From: Candidatus Poribacteria bacterium | Lineage (GTDB): Bacteria > Poribacteria > WGA-4E > WGA-3G | Direction of reading: 5' to 3' | NCBI GenBank assembly: GCA_965197475.1 | Contig: CBDANF010000003.1 | Span: forward strand, 160,001 to 224,000 | Length of the DNA stretch: 64,000 bases | In this document: positions 1 to 9,184 of the stretch, piece after piece | Numbering within the stretch: the first letter of the stretch is position 1 | How the letters are laid out: every line of letters starts with the position of its first letter | Notes under the pieces: model-generated | Database searches by the model: none | Told to the model about the DNA's origin: nothing | Seen by the model: only the letters and a program-made list of their open reading frames with translations | Made by a program: the position numbers and the translations under genes

Positions 1-443
1 TATAACCAACGATAATAGGGTGGATCGGGATCAGGGCGCGGCACGTCCCTACCGCCCAAGAACACTACATACGGCACATTATTGAATTTTCGCAGAAGAT
101 AAGCACCACCACCCGCAGGAATACCGAAAAAAACTTGAACGATATCCGGTTTAAATTGTTTCGCAAATTTCAACCCGTAAATGCTGGAACTCACTGAGTA
201 TGTCAACATCTCATGGACTGCACATACATTCGGATTTTTCCGTAGCGCGTTCACACGATGCACATGAAAACCTTCTACTTTTTCCATTTTCGCACAACCA
301 CGAAATTGTGAGGTGATCAGGTGGACATCGTGTCCCGCTGCGGCGAAATGTTTCCCTATATAATAACTTACCCAACCACCCCCACCACCAATAGGTGGGA
401 ACTCGTGATTGAACATCAGTATTTTTCGTTGATGAGAAGCCAA
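1..443 (-). CDS. Glycosyltransferase family 4, N-terminal part (runs off the window)
   Basis: Manual translation of the minus strand: LASHQRKILMFNHEFPPIGGGGGWVSYYIGKHFAAAGHDVHLITS...KPDIVQVFFGIPAG, typical GT4 N-terminus; not in the ORF track. Confidence 0.8.
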   Translation of the reverse strand, partial: MASHQRKILMFNHEFPPIGGGGGWVSYYIGKHFAAAGHDVHLITSQFRGCAKMEKVEGFHVHRVNALRKNPNVCAVHEMLTYSVSSSIYGLKFAKQFKPDIVQVFFGIPAGGGAYLLRKFNNVPYVVFLGGRDVPRPDPDPPYYRWL

Positions 444-457
444 TTGATTACCTATAC

Positions 458-1345
458 TTATAGGACGCGATTTTCTGCCAATTGAACAGCGTATTCAATC
501 ATCGCCTTTGCAATATCAATTCCAGTGACCGACTCCAGTTCCTCAAACCCTGGCGACGGGTTAACCTCTAATATGACGGGTCCATCTTTTGTCTGAAGCA
601 GATCAACGCCAGCAATATCTAATTCCAAGGCAGCAGCGGCATCAACGGCGATCCGACTATATTCATCAGTTATTGTTATCGCTTCCCCGTTTGCCCCTTG
701 GTGAATGTTCGATCGGAATTCACCTTGGATTGCACGCCTTTTCATCGCTGCTATTACATTGCCGCCCATGACAAGAATTCGGACATCAACGCCAGCCGCT
801 TCTGCTATAAAAGATTGAATGACATAATCCCGATGGAGGTCACACAGTGCCTCTACCGTTGAAGTGAGAGAAGTAGGTGTATCTAACAACATAACCCCCA
901 TGCCGTGTGTGCCGTAAAACGGTTTTAAAATAAACGGATACTCTCCTATTTCAGGTGCTGCATCCTCTAAAAAAGTGGCGGAACCGACGGTAAGACTTGG
1001 GGGAATGGGCAATCCGTGTTGTGCAAGGATACGTAGGGAGCGAAACTTCTGACGTGCGGCAGCAATCGCACTTGCGCGATTCACTACCGGAATACCGAGC
1101 CATTCAAAATGGGATACAACCTCTCCACCGTATCTTGCTGTCGCGCCGCTGAGCCGTGGAATAACGACATCAAAATCTTCCGCCGGTTGCCCGTTGTATG
1201 TGATACGATTGCCAGTTCCACCGATTTGTAGGTAAAAACCGAACGGATCTCGGACTTGGGCGGTGTGTCCAGCATTTTCAGCGGCTTCAACGAGGCTGCT
1301 GGTTGAGTGGTTTTCGGGTCCACGGGAAAGGATGGCAATATTCAT
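458..1345 (-). CDS. rimK: RimK-family ATP-grasp alpha-L-glutamate ligase
   Basis: MNIAILSR start; DVVIPR, EFRSNIHQG, GVDLL, LEVNPSPG motifs. Confidence 0.85.
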   Translation of the reverse strand: MNIAILSRGPENHSTSSLVEAAENAGHTAQVRDPFGFYLQIGGTGNRITYNGQPAEDFDVVIPRLSGATARYGGEVVSHFEWLGIPVVNRASAIAAARQKFRSLRILAQHGLPIPPSLTVGSATFLEDAAPEIGEYPFILKPFYGTHGMGVMLLDTPTSLTSTVEALCDLHRDYVIQSFIAEAAGVDVRILVMGGNVIAAMKRRAIQGEFRSNIHQGANGEAITITDEYSRIAVDAAAALELDIAGVDLLQTKDGPVILEVNPSPGFEELESVTGIDIAKAMIEYAVQLAENRVL

Positions 1346-1357
1346 AATTAGGATAGT

Positions 1358-1435
1358 ATTCAGTTATCAGTTGTCGGTAATTAAAAGAAAAACTGGCTGG
1401 GTTAAAACCGAAAACTAACACTGGCAACTAACAAA
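1358..1435. repeat. Degenerate 7-bp intergenic repeats in inverted arrangement
   Basis: ttcagttatcagttgtcggt ... accgaaaactaacactggcaactaacaa. Confidence 0.45.
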
Positions 1436-1450
1436 AACAATATGAAAATC

Positions 1451-2488
1451 TTACACTTTATGCGGTTGGTAAGTTTTCTTTAGGAAATCTTCCAACTCCT
1501 CAAATGTATCAAAAATCTTATCACATAAGTTTTCAAAGAAGATACTCCGCGTCTCGTTGTAAACAGCATACACAGGTTTATTATGGCGACTGGCGTAGTT
1601 CATTTCGCTGAGAACACCGGGCGATAATTTGTCAGTAGGATAGAGCACAACGACAAAATCACTTTGGTGAACAAACTGGTAATCCCGCGAAATGGTTCGC
1701 GTTTTTATCTGCTCAATTACGTCATCGTCCAATTCACTCATCGTTTCAGGCACATTCAACACCTCATCATCACTCTCTGCTTTTGAGAAGGTAACGAGTG
1801 CCATATCCTTAATCGTCAGTGGATCGAAGACAATAAAAGAATGACGGAGTTTTGCGCCAAGTTCACGAATTTTCTCAATTTCCTTTGGGGTATCTCTTAG
1901 AAGCGTAATCGGGTAACTGAGGTAAAATTTCGGTTTGTCTGAAAAGAGCAGTTCATAGAAATTCGCAAGTTCGTGTTGCCGTGCAACAGTGTAGTGCGGT
2001 TTTTCTGTAAGGTGCGCGAGTTGTCTGGTGAGGAATTCTTCTTCGTCCAGCCAAACATTAAGTGCTGCTTTTTTGATGCCCGCCCATTGAACGCTTTTCT
2101 CCATCCGTTCGTAGATGTCTGCGATATTGTCAACCACGTTGATATACATATCCGGTGGAAGAATTTCAATGTCTTTAAAAGAAAACCCTTCAAGGAGGCT
2201 TCCACGCCATCGAAAGCACGCGTGCAACCCGATGACAGCGTGTTCATACGCTGCGGCATCTCTTGCGATTTCGTAGAAAGCGGTGCGCCGCGCTAACGAT
2301 AAGACCGCCGGATCCGAATCGAGAACCTTCTCTGTGAAATGGACACGCGATTCCGCAGCAACACGGTGCATATAATCACCAACATTGAAAAAGCCGATGT
2401 TCAGTTCTCTTTGTACGCAAAGTGCTTCAAAATCTGCGATTAACTGCTTGCGTCCAGAACAACTGATGCCGGTACAGAAAATATTCAT
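1451..2488 (-). CDS. P-loop NMP-kinase-like domain (archaeal adenylate-kinase-like) fused to a nucleoside 2-deoxyribosyltransferase-like domain
   Basis: N-terminal IFCTGISCSGRK P-loop; C-terminal FYLSYP...RDYQFVHQSDFVV...SPGVLSEMNYASRHNKPVY. Confidence 0.55.
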   Translation of the reverse strand: MNIFCTGISCSGRKQLIADFEALCVQRELNIGFFNVGDYMHRVAAESRVHFTEKVLDSDPAVLSLARRTAFYEIARDAAAYEHAVIGLHACFRWRGSLLEGFSFKDIEILPPDMYINVVDNIADIYERMEKSVQWAGIKKAALNVWLDEEEFLTRQLAHLTEKPHYTVARQHELANFYELLFSDKPKFYLSYPITLLRDTPKEIEKIRELGAKLRHSFIVFDPLTIKDMALVTFSKAESDDEVLNVPETMSELDDDVIEQIKTRTISRDYQFVHQSDFVVVLYPTDKLSPGVLSEMNYASRHNKPVYAVYNETRSIFFENLCDKIFDTFEELEDFLKKTYQPHKV

Positions 2489-2636
2489 TGTTTCGTAACC
2501 TTTACTTATTCTGAAACTCCGCTTATATACTATGGAGTATATCACGATTGCTGTGTGAATTCAAGGAATTTGTGTATCAAAACGATTTGCGATTTGGACT
2601 TGATGTACGCTATAATTATCTAAAGGCAAGAATATA

Positions 2637-2918
2637 GTGAACATTCGCTTTTACAACAATCCAGAAACTGGATTGCCTCATATCTATGATCATGATGTCA
2701 ACAAGGATGAGGTAGAAGATGTTCTACTGAATCCTGGTGAAAATAGAGCGGGACGTGGACGATCAAGGGTTGTCATCGGTCAAACACAAGCGGGACGCTA
2801 CTTGCGAGTTGTCTATGTACAAGACCCGCAGCCCAACAGTGTTTTTGTGGTTACAGCTTACGAATTGACAGGAAAACCTTTAAAGGCATACCGAAGACGA
2901 AGGAGAAACAGAGGATGA
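2637..2918 (+). CDS. DUF4258/BrnT-like putative toxin
   Basis: HIYDHDVNKDEVEDVL...GQTQAGRYLRVVY...VVTAY; stop overlaps next start; TATAAT at 2611. Confidence 0.65.
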   Translation: MNIRFYNNPETGLPHIYDHDVNKDEVEDVLLNPGENRAGRGRSRVVIGQTQAGRYLRVVYVQDPQPNSVFVVTAYELTGKPLKAYRRRRRNRG

Positions 2919-3136
2919 CGAAGAATAAATTTCCGCCTGGGTGGGATGAAGCGCGCGTACAAAGTGTCATTGTACATTACGAACAACAAACAGAGGATGA
3001 AGCTGTCGCTGAAGATGAGGCTGCATTTCAGGATGAGGCCAGCACATTGATGGCGATTCCTACAGAATTGGTACCCGCCGTGCTTGAACTGATTGACAAA
3101 CACATTGCTGTGAAACAACAAGAAATAAAAAATTGA
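2915..3136 (+). CDS. Small acidic putative antitoxin
   Basis: FPPGWDEARVQSVIVHYEQQTEDEAVAEDEAA; ATGA overlap with the upstream toxin-like gene. Confidence 0.6.
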   Translation: MTKNKFPPGWDEARVQSVIVHYEQQTEDEAVAEDEAAFQDEASTLMAIPTELVPAVLELIDKHIAVKQQEIKN

Positions 3137-3249
3137 AAATTAAATGCGATATCTGCGATATATTTTTGAGACAACTGTTTGTCAAAACGCGGGGTTAAAC
3201 TTTTATTCATTGTTATTTTTATAGCAGTAGCAGTTTGGTACTGTGAGTT

Positions 3250-4047
3250 TTACTGAGCTTCCAAGATTGCAGATTTGAGATCTTCATCCCCCGCTTTCTC
3301 TGCTAAGTCTAATGCTGACTGGATATCTTGATTTCCTTTTTTAGTATCACCGAGCAAATGTTTAGCGAGTCCTCGCCCGTAATAAGCCCTTGCATAATCA
3401 GGTTTCAAGCGGATAGCCTCGTCAAAATCAGCGATAGCGTCTTCGGTATATTCTAAAAATAGCTTAGCGAACCCCCTTTCGTTGTGAGTTTGAGCATCAT
3501 CAGGTTTTAGATGGATAGCGGTGTCAAAATCAGAGATGGCAGCTTCAGCATGTTTTAGACGGAATTTCGCAATGCCTCGGTTGAAGTAGGCTTTATGAGC
3601 ATTAGGGGCTAAGCGAATAGCGATGTCAAAGTCAGAGATGGCATCAAAATATTGTTCCAATCTATTTTTGGACATACCTCGGGCCAAGTAAGACTCTGCA
3701 GCGTTCGGTTGAATCTTAATAGTCTTATCATAGTCAACGATGGCAGCTTCAGCATGTCCCAGTTTATCTTTTGCAACCCCTCGGTTGAAGTAAGCGTCTG
3801 CAGATTTCGGGTTTAGACTGATAACTTTATCAAAGTCGGATATAGCTTCAAAGTGTTGTCCCAGGTTGCCATTCGAAATACCACGGTTAAAATAGACATC
3901 TTCATACTCCGGATTTTGGTTGATAGCTTTATCATACTCTAAAATAGCAGACTGATAATCCTCTTGATTGTAAAACTCATTACCTTTGTAAAAGTGAGTC
4001 TTGGCAGATGTAATTTCATTGATTGAGGCGTTAGTGTTTTCCATCAT
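3250..4047 (-). CDS. Tetratricopeptide repeat protein
   Basis: About 7 34-aa repeats of AYFNRG...AI.DFD.AI.L.P. Confidence 0.9.
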   Translation of the reverse strand: MMENTNASINEITSAKTHFYKGNEFYNQEDYQSAILEYDKAINQNPEYEDVYFNRGISNGNLGQHFEAISDFDKVISLNPKSADAYFNRGVAKDKLGHAEAAIVDYDKTIKIQPNAAESYLARGMSKNRLEQYFDAISDFDIAIRLAPNAHKAYFNRGIAKFRLKHAEAAISDFDTAIHLKPDDAQTHNERGFAKLFLEYTEDAIADFDEAIRLKPDYARAYYGRGLAKHLLGDTKKGNQDIQSALDLAEKAGDEDLKSAILEAQ

Positions 4048-4574
4048 GCCGCATCCTTTGCTTTCTGATAACCGGGGAGTATACTATCTTTTAAATTAAG
4101 CTGACTCTCGTTGGATAAATGTGATCGGGGACTTTTGTCACTTGTCTCACTGTTTCTGTTAATCCATTGCGGAAACGCTTGAATGAGGATATAAAGCAGG
4201 ATTGCTACCACTATAGGGGCAATAATAGAGCTCAGAATCACATGTTGCACTTTAGCAGTTCCCTTGGTCCTTTCCTCAAGCACAGCAACTCTTGTGTTGA
4301 GATCTACTACATTTTTGCTAAGGTTCGCCACATTCTCGCTAAGTTTCTCCAGATTTTTGTTAAGTTCCTCTACGTTTTTGTTGAGTTTCTCTACATTTTT
4401 GTTTAAATCTACCAAATTTATTTTTTCGGTAACCGTTATGACTTGCGAGTCTGGTTGTACTGGCTCGGCTAATGCCCCCGATGTAAGGAAGAAGATAACC
4501 AGAATTACTAAAATTCCCCAAAGAGCACCCTGTACATTTAGCATTGTAAATCTCCTAAACTTTGATTTGACCAT
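4044..4574 (-). CDS. Membrane protein with heptad coiled-coil repeats
   Basis: Hydrophobic N-terminal and internal segments; KNVEKLN KNVEELN KNLEKLS ENVANLS KNVVDLN encoded by 21-bp repeats at about 4301-4413. Confidence 0.65.
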   Translation of the reverse strand: MVKSKFRRFTMLNVQGALWGILVILVIFFLTSGALAEPVQPDSQVITVTEKINLVDLNKNVEKLNKNVEELNKNLEKLSENVANLSKNVVDLNTRVAVLEERTKGTAKVQHVILSSIIAPIVVAILLYILIQAFPQWINRNSETSDKSPRSHLSNESQLNLKDSILPGYQKAKDAA

Positions 4575-4663
4575 ACGAAAATAAGCATACGCCGTATTCA
4601 GTTAATAGGTTATATAATTGTAGCATATCATTCAAGAAAAAAACAGAAAAAGTTGAAGAGTCG

Positions 4664-7600
4664 TCACTTCTCTGGTAAACCGTTAATTATCTTCACCGTC
4701 TCAAGGCTAACGGTAATAACACGCGCGATTAAGTCCACAATATACTGCGGTTCCTCCTCACGATTCGGGTCATTCCGAATTTTACTCCGTGCGTCTACCG
4801 TGACACAATACTGATCAATTATCCACTCCAATGCAGACCGATTGCCTAACTTATATTGGAATACATCGGCAGGAATATTTTCCAGCGTTAAGAAACTGTT
4901 GTAACGAATTTGTGATTTGTCTTTGGACAAAGCCATTTTCTCAACGCGCCAGTTTAGTGGCATTTTTGGAGTTTCCTTAAGTGTTAACCCTTCGTATTTT
5001 GGGACAGTCTCATAGTTGACATGGAGATCCGCTAACTGCTTGCCAGCCTCCGCGAACACCCAAAAGTTTTCAGCAAAAGGGATACGAGGGAAGCTGCGCT
5101 TGAGGTCTTCCTTATACTTTTCGCGATAATTGGGGTGGTGCAAGATGCCGTAGTTATAATAAAAAATATCCCATTTTGTAATGCTTTCGTCTTCGTAGTG
5201 GTTTTGAAATGCCACTAATGCCCAGTCGGTAATGTTTTCGCGTCTGTTTGAGCCATCTTCATTATAGATGAAGAAAGGAAAACATTGATTCGGCGATCCA
5301 TAACCGCCTGTTACTACAAGATTAGGAATGCAGTTTGTGACAAGACAAGTAAAAGGTTTCTCTGGTGTCACATTGACACAGATCACTTGATTTTCCGTTT
5401 CTGCTTCACGGGTTGGAAAGATAGAGGGAAACAAGGATACTATATCAGTCATTATTCGGTCAAAATAGAGATTTGATTTAGTAAACGGACGGTAGAGGGA
5501 ATTCCTTGTCTTGTGGTCAACATATTCAGCAATTTTTTCTTGCTTCAACTTTCTTTTTAAGTCGCGGCTCCACTTTATTTTTGTATCATCGTATAAAACA
5601 AAATCATTTACTTTGGGTTCTGGGACATTTCCACGTTTCCATTCAACGACTTCACGTTTCCAACGATCCAACTCTGCTGTGTAAGTTTTTATCGTTCGTT
5701 GCACATTATTATGCAGAGAATCTTGATTGAAGTTGTAAACCCAGGCATCTCTATTGGTTGACACACCGAGACTGAATTTCCTGAAAATCACACCGTTCAC
5801 GACCGGGCCTTTTATTTTCTTTGCTGCTTTAGTTCCCACCGGAATAAGATCTTCAAAATCTTCTTGGAGTCCTTTAGTGAGCCATGTGTGGCGTGTGTTA
5901 GGTTGAATCTTTTGCCATTTGACATTGCTGGCATTTTGATGTTTGCTTAAGAAGTCAAACGTTTGTGCCTTGCTCTGTAATTCTGTTTCATTGTTGTAAA
6001 AAATACATGGAGTGTCAATAGGTTCTCCCGTTTTCAGGAGCAGCGCGATGCTTACACCGATTTTGATGTCAAACACGTTAGAGTCGACAGGCTGCCCCTT
6101 AAGAATATTTCCTCCTAAATTAAACAGATACAACGCATTGAATTCTTTCGCGAGATGTTTTCGCATCCCATCAAATGCTATTCCATCAATAAAAGTGTTG
6201 TTTGTCACAAACGCAACAATACCGCAGTCACCAATTCGTTTTGATGCCCAGCTAAACGCTCTGACATACGGGTCATATACGTTATATATCAGTTGTGCAT
6301 TGGAATCTTTCACATACGTATCCTTAATCTGTTTGTCCAATGCTTTTTTGTATTCACGATTTTTGTTATTGTCGTTTTCGCTTTCTTGTCGAGCATTGTA
6401 GGGTGGATTACCAATAACGACAAACATGTCCTCTGCTTTTTGTTTGTTAACCCGTTTTGTGTTTTCTTCAGAAAGAAGTGACATCTGTGCTTGGTCAAAC
6501 AATTCAAAAGTATCGGCAAAGACTATTCCCTTAAAGGGTAGGTATTTCCCCGTGGATTGCCAGAACTCTTGCTCAATGTTTAAATTGGCAATGTAGTAAG
6601 GCATTAACAGAACTTCGTTGCAATGTAATTCGCGCTGGTATTTATTCTCTAATGCTGTTGTGCGTATGTCCTGCATCAGTCGGACAATAAAATTACCGGT
6701 ACCAACAAACGGATCAATGATATGAACCCCTGTATCTGAAAGTGATCGACTAAACTTATCTTGTAGGAGATGTTCAACGCTGTTCACCATGAAATCGACA
6801 ATCGGTTGTGGCGTGTAGACAATGCCGTGTGTATCTGCTACCTTAACACAGAAACCTTGAAAAAATCGCTCATAGACGGTGTTAAGGTAGTGTTGTTTTT
6901 CTGAGAAGTCTTTACAACGGGTTGCCGCTTGCTCAATAGCAATGTAGAAAGGGTCCAGAGGTTCAAGAAATTTATCACGACTTACCGCTTGTTGCATGAG
7001 TACTGCACTGACCTTTTCAATCTCAACGGCAATGATATTGCGGCTTGCAAAATCGGACATGTTAAAGACTTTGCGGAAGATACGTTCAGTGAGGATATGC
7101 TGAATGAGCATCTCTTCAACGGCAGCTTGTGAAAGATCGGGATTGATTGCGTTACGACAGGTTTGGTAGAAATCGGCAAATGCTGTCTTGAACGCTGTAT
7201 TGGTTTCGTGCTGCTGCTCAATAAGTTTTTTCAACTTGTCTGCAAGTGCCGGAATCCGATCTCGGAATTTATCAACTGCATCATACCAATAGCTAAAAGC
7301 GGTATCGGAATATGAGAAAAGATATTGAAGTGCTTCAACAAGGTTTTTGGAGTCGGTAATGTCTGTGTTTAGTACTTCCTGTTCGTCCTGAAACAAGATG
7401 GCACGCTCGGGGGTTTGAAACAAAATATTGTCAAACGGATAACCCTTGTCACGTTTCTCCTGAATTGCTTTCGGGAGATCGTCATCTATATCCTTTGCCT
7501 CCCAGTATGCTATCGGGAGTCCGTAATTCATAATTATCGCGCCATCAATAAAGATACGTTTTCCTTCTTTGGTACGCATTGGGTATTGTGGGGCAAAGGT

Positions 7601-7765
7601 TGCTTTCACCTTTTTTGCACAAACATCAAGTAAGATAGCAAAGGGGTTGCTCACAGCACCTTCGTGGGTGAGGTCATAGTTTTCGTATTGTTGCAGTGCC
7701 TTGTAGTAGTCTTTTATAGGCTTGTGTGTGTATTTAAGATTTAGTTTTTCCATAAGGTTTTCCAT
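4664..7765 (-). CDS. Single-polypeptide restriction-modification enzyme (nuclease + N6-adenine MTase + type ISP-like C-terminal specificity domain)
   Basis: IDG...YWEAKD nuclease-like motif, GIVYTP, DPFVGTG, VIGNPPY, GVSTNRDAWVY, YRPF, LGNRSALEWIIDQY. Confidence 0.85.
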   Translation of the reverse strand: MENLMEKLNLKYTHKPIKDYYKALQQYENYDLTHEGAVSNPFAILLDVCAKKVKATFAPQYPMRTKEGKRIFIDGAIIMNYGLPIAYWEAKDIDDDLPKAIQEKRDKGYPFDNILFQTPERAILFQDEQEVLNTDITDSKNLVEALQYLFSYSDTAFSYWYDAVDKFRDRIPALADKLKKLIEQQHETNTAFKTAFADFYQTCRNAINPDLSQAAVEEMLIQHILTERIFRKVFNMSDFASRNIIAVEIEKVSAVLMQQAVSRDKFLEPLDPFYIAIEQAATRCKDFSEKQHYLNTVYERFFQGFCVKVADTHGIVYTPQPIVDFMVNSVEHLLQDKFSRSLSDTGVHIIDPFVGTGNFIVRLMQDIRTTALENKYQRELHCNEVLLMPYYIANLNIEQEFWQSTGKYLPFKGIVFADTFELFDQAQMSLLSEENTKRVNKQKAEDMFVVIGNPPYNARQESENDNNKNREYKKALDKQIKDTYVKDSNAQLIYNVYDPYVRAFSWASKRIGDCGIVAFVTNNTFIDGIAFDGMRKHLAKEFNALYLFNLGGNILKGQPVDSNVFDIKIGVSIALLLKTGEPIDTPCIFYNNETELQSKAQTFDFLSKHQNASNVKWQKIQPNTRHTWLTKGLQEDFEDLIPVGTKAAKKIKGPVVNGVIFRKFSLGVSTNRDAWVYNFNQDSLHNNVQRTIKTYTAELDRWKREVVEWKRGNVPEPKVNDFVLYDDTKIKWSRDLKRKLKQEKIAEYVDHKTRNSLYRPFTKSNLYFDRIMTDIVSLFPSIFPTREAETENQVICVNVTPEKPFTCLVTNCIPNLVVTGGYGSPNQCFPFFIYNEDGSNRRENITDWALVAFQNHYEDESITKWDIFYYNYGILHHPNYREKYKEDLKRSFPRIPFAENFWVFAEAGKQLADLHVNYETVPKYEGLTLKETPKMPLNWRVEKMALSKDKSQIRYNSFLTLENIPADVFQYKLGNRSALEWIIDQYCVTVDARSKIRNDPNREEEPQYIVDLIARVITVSLETVKIINGLPEK

Positions 7766-7882
7766 TAGTGCTAACTTGTTCCTGATGGATTACAAGAGTC
7801 AACGATCCGAAAAAACAGATATACTTTTTAAATTGATACCTATGATTATAGAACAGTTAAACATTCACCATGTAAACGTATA

Positions 7883-7956
7883 TAATTACTATTCCCTATC
7901 TGCTGCTAACGATTTGAGTTTTGCGAGTGCCTCCTGCTCCTCTGTTTGCCACGGAC
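7883..7956 (-). repeat. Leftover 3' tail of the phyH-like gene (copy of 10633-10706)
   Basis: 66/74 nt identical; encodes PWQTEEQEALAKLKSLAADRE* vs native PWQTEEQEALAKLKSLTADRE*. Confidence 0.95.
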
Positions 7957-7993
7957 AGTGCGCGGGTTTTTCTCATGTTCCTTTTGCATGTAA

Positions 7994-8374
7994 CTAATTT
8001 TCTGCTATCTGTGTCGATGTGTTTTGTGTCTCTAACACATCGGTGTACGCTTCAAGGTTTAGGTTTTCAGGGTCTATCGGTTGGATCGAAAGTTGATAGC
8101 CAAGCACTTTAAGGACAACTGTAAGAACATCAATCAAAGGTGTCCCTTCATTAGATAGGACTTTCGCAAGCACTTGTGGGTCCATATCTGTCTGCTTTGC
8201 CAGTTCAGAAACACCACCCTGCGCTTCAACAACGGTATGGAGAGATCTTAGAACTACTGGCGAATCCTCAAAAATTTGATAGTCTTCAAGGATAGCTTGG
8301 AGATAGTTAATTGCGCTTTCTCTGTCAGCAAGTTTTTCAATAAGGTACTCGCGCCATATTCCCATTTTTCTCAC
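7994..8374 (-). CDS. Addiction module antidote (HTH antitoxin)
   Basis: YLQAILED...[19 protein letters not shown]...LSNEGTP; GTG start overlaps the toxin stop. Confidence 0.8.
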   Translation of the reverse strand: MRKMGIWREYLIEKLADRESAINYLQAILEDYQIFEDSPVVLRSLHTVVEAQGGVSELAKQTDMDPQVLAKVLSNEGTPLIDVLTVVLKVLGYQLSIQPIDPENLNLEAYTDVLETQNTSTQIAEN

Positions 8375-8513
8375 TGATGTGTCTCCTTGTATTCTTGCCA
8401 ATATATTTTTGCCCGTTCAATATCACGCGTTTGTGATGACTTGTCTCCACCACATAATAAAAGAACGATTGTGTTCCCTACTTGTCCAAAATAGATTCGA
8501 TAACCTGCTCCAA
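8371..8513 (-). pseudogene. RelE/HigB-type addiction module toxin, 3' half only
   Basis: [39 protein letters not shown]; 5' half replaced by a phyH fragment. Confidence 0.85.
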
Positions 8514-8557
8514 TCCGAGACATCCACATCATCAGTGACCAAGCCATGCACAAGTGG
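8514..8557 (-). repeat. Internal 44-bp fragment of the phyH-like gene (copy of 10859-10902)
   Basis: 38/44 identical with all 6 differences at third codon positions; encodes [14 protein letters not shown]. Confidence 0.92.
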
Positions 8558-8713
8558 AGGACATGGGAGGTCCGCGCAAGCGCGGGAAGAAGTCTTCCTA
8601 AATGAGATATAACATATTAAAAATGGTATAAGCATTATTCTTACGCCAATTCATTTTACAATCAAGGTTCGGTTGGATTTATTGTATTGCATTGTTAGTC
8701 CTTTTATTGCATT

Positions 8714-9184
8714 TTAAAATGTCCATTTTTCTCTTTCCATGAATCCCTGCAAGTTAGTAAATGGAACTCCAAAATGGTCGCAAACATTTGGTATTTTAGG
8801 AGCGTTAGGTTTCTCTTTTTCTTCAGTGACAACACAGCCGTTTATTGTTTTGGCTAAGGCAATGATGAATGGATCGGCACACGGGTATCCAGCTAAGCGA
8901 TTTTTCTCATTTACTAAGTTTTGGAAATGTGGTACCAAGAAAATTTGCCTAACAAAGTGCGTTTCTGCAGCACTCGGTTTCACGAAAATGCTTTTATGCC
9001 GTTTTATCCAATCAGATAAATGAGGACGCCGTGTGTACCGTTGTAGTTCCCTTTCAACTTCCTTTACAGAGATAATCTTTCCATCTTTCACTGTTTGATC
9101 GAAATATTGCCAAAAAGTTGGGAATTGGTTCGGGTAATAATTACCAAGTACACTGAAACTATTGGTGTCAAATACGTAGATCAT
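8714..9184 (-). CDS. DUF4411-family PIN-like protein
   Basis: YVFDTNSF...FPTFW...ADPFIIALA...VVTEE...KIPNVC. Confidence 0.85.
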   Translation of the reverse strand: MIYVFDTNSFSVLGNYYPNQFPTFWQYFDQTVKDGKIISVKEVERELQRYTRRPHLSDWIKRHKSIFVKPSAAETHFVRQIFLVPHFQNLVNEKNRLAGYPCADPFIIALAKTINGCVVTEEKEKPNAPKIPNVCDHFGVPFTNLQGFMEREKWTF

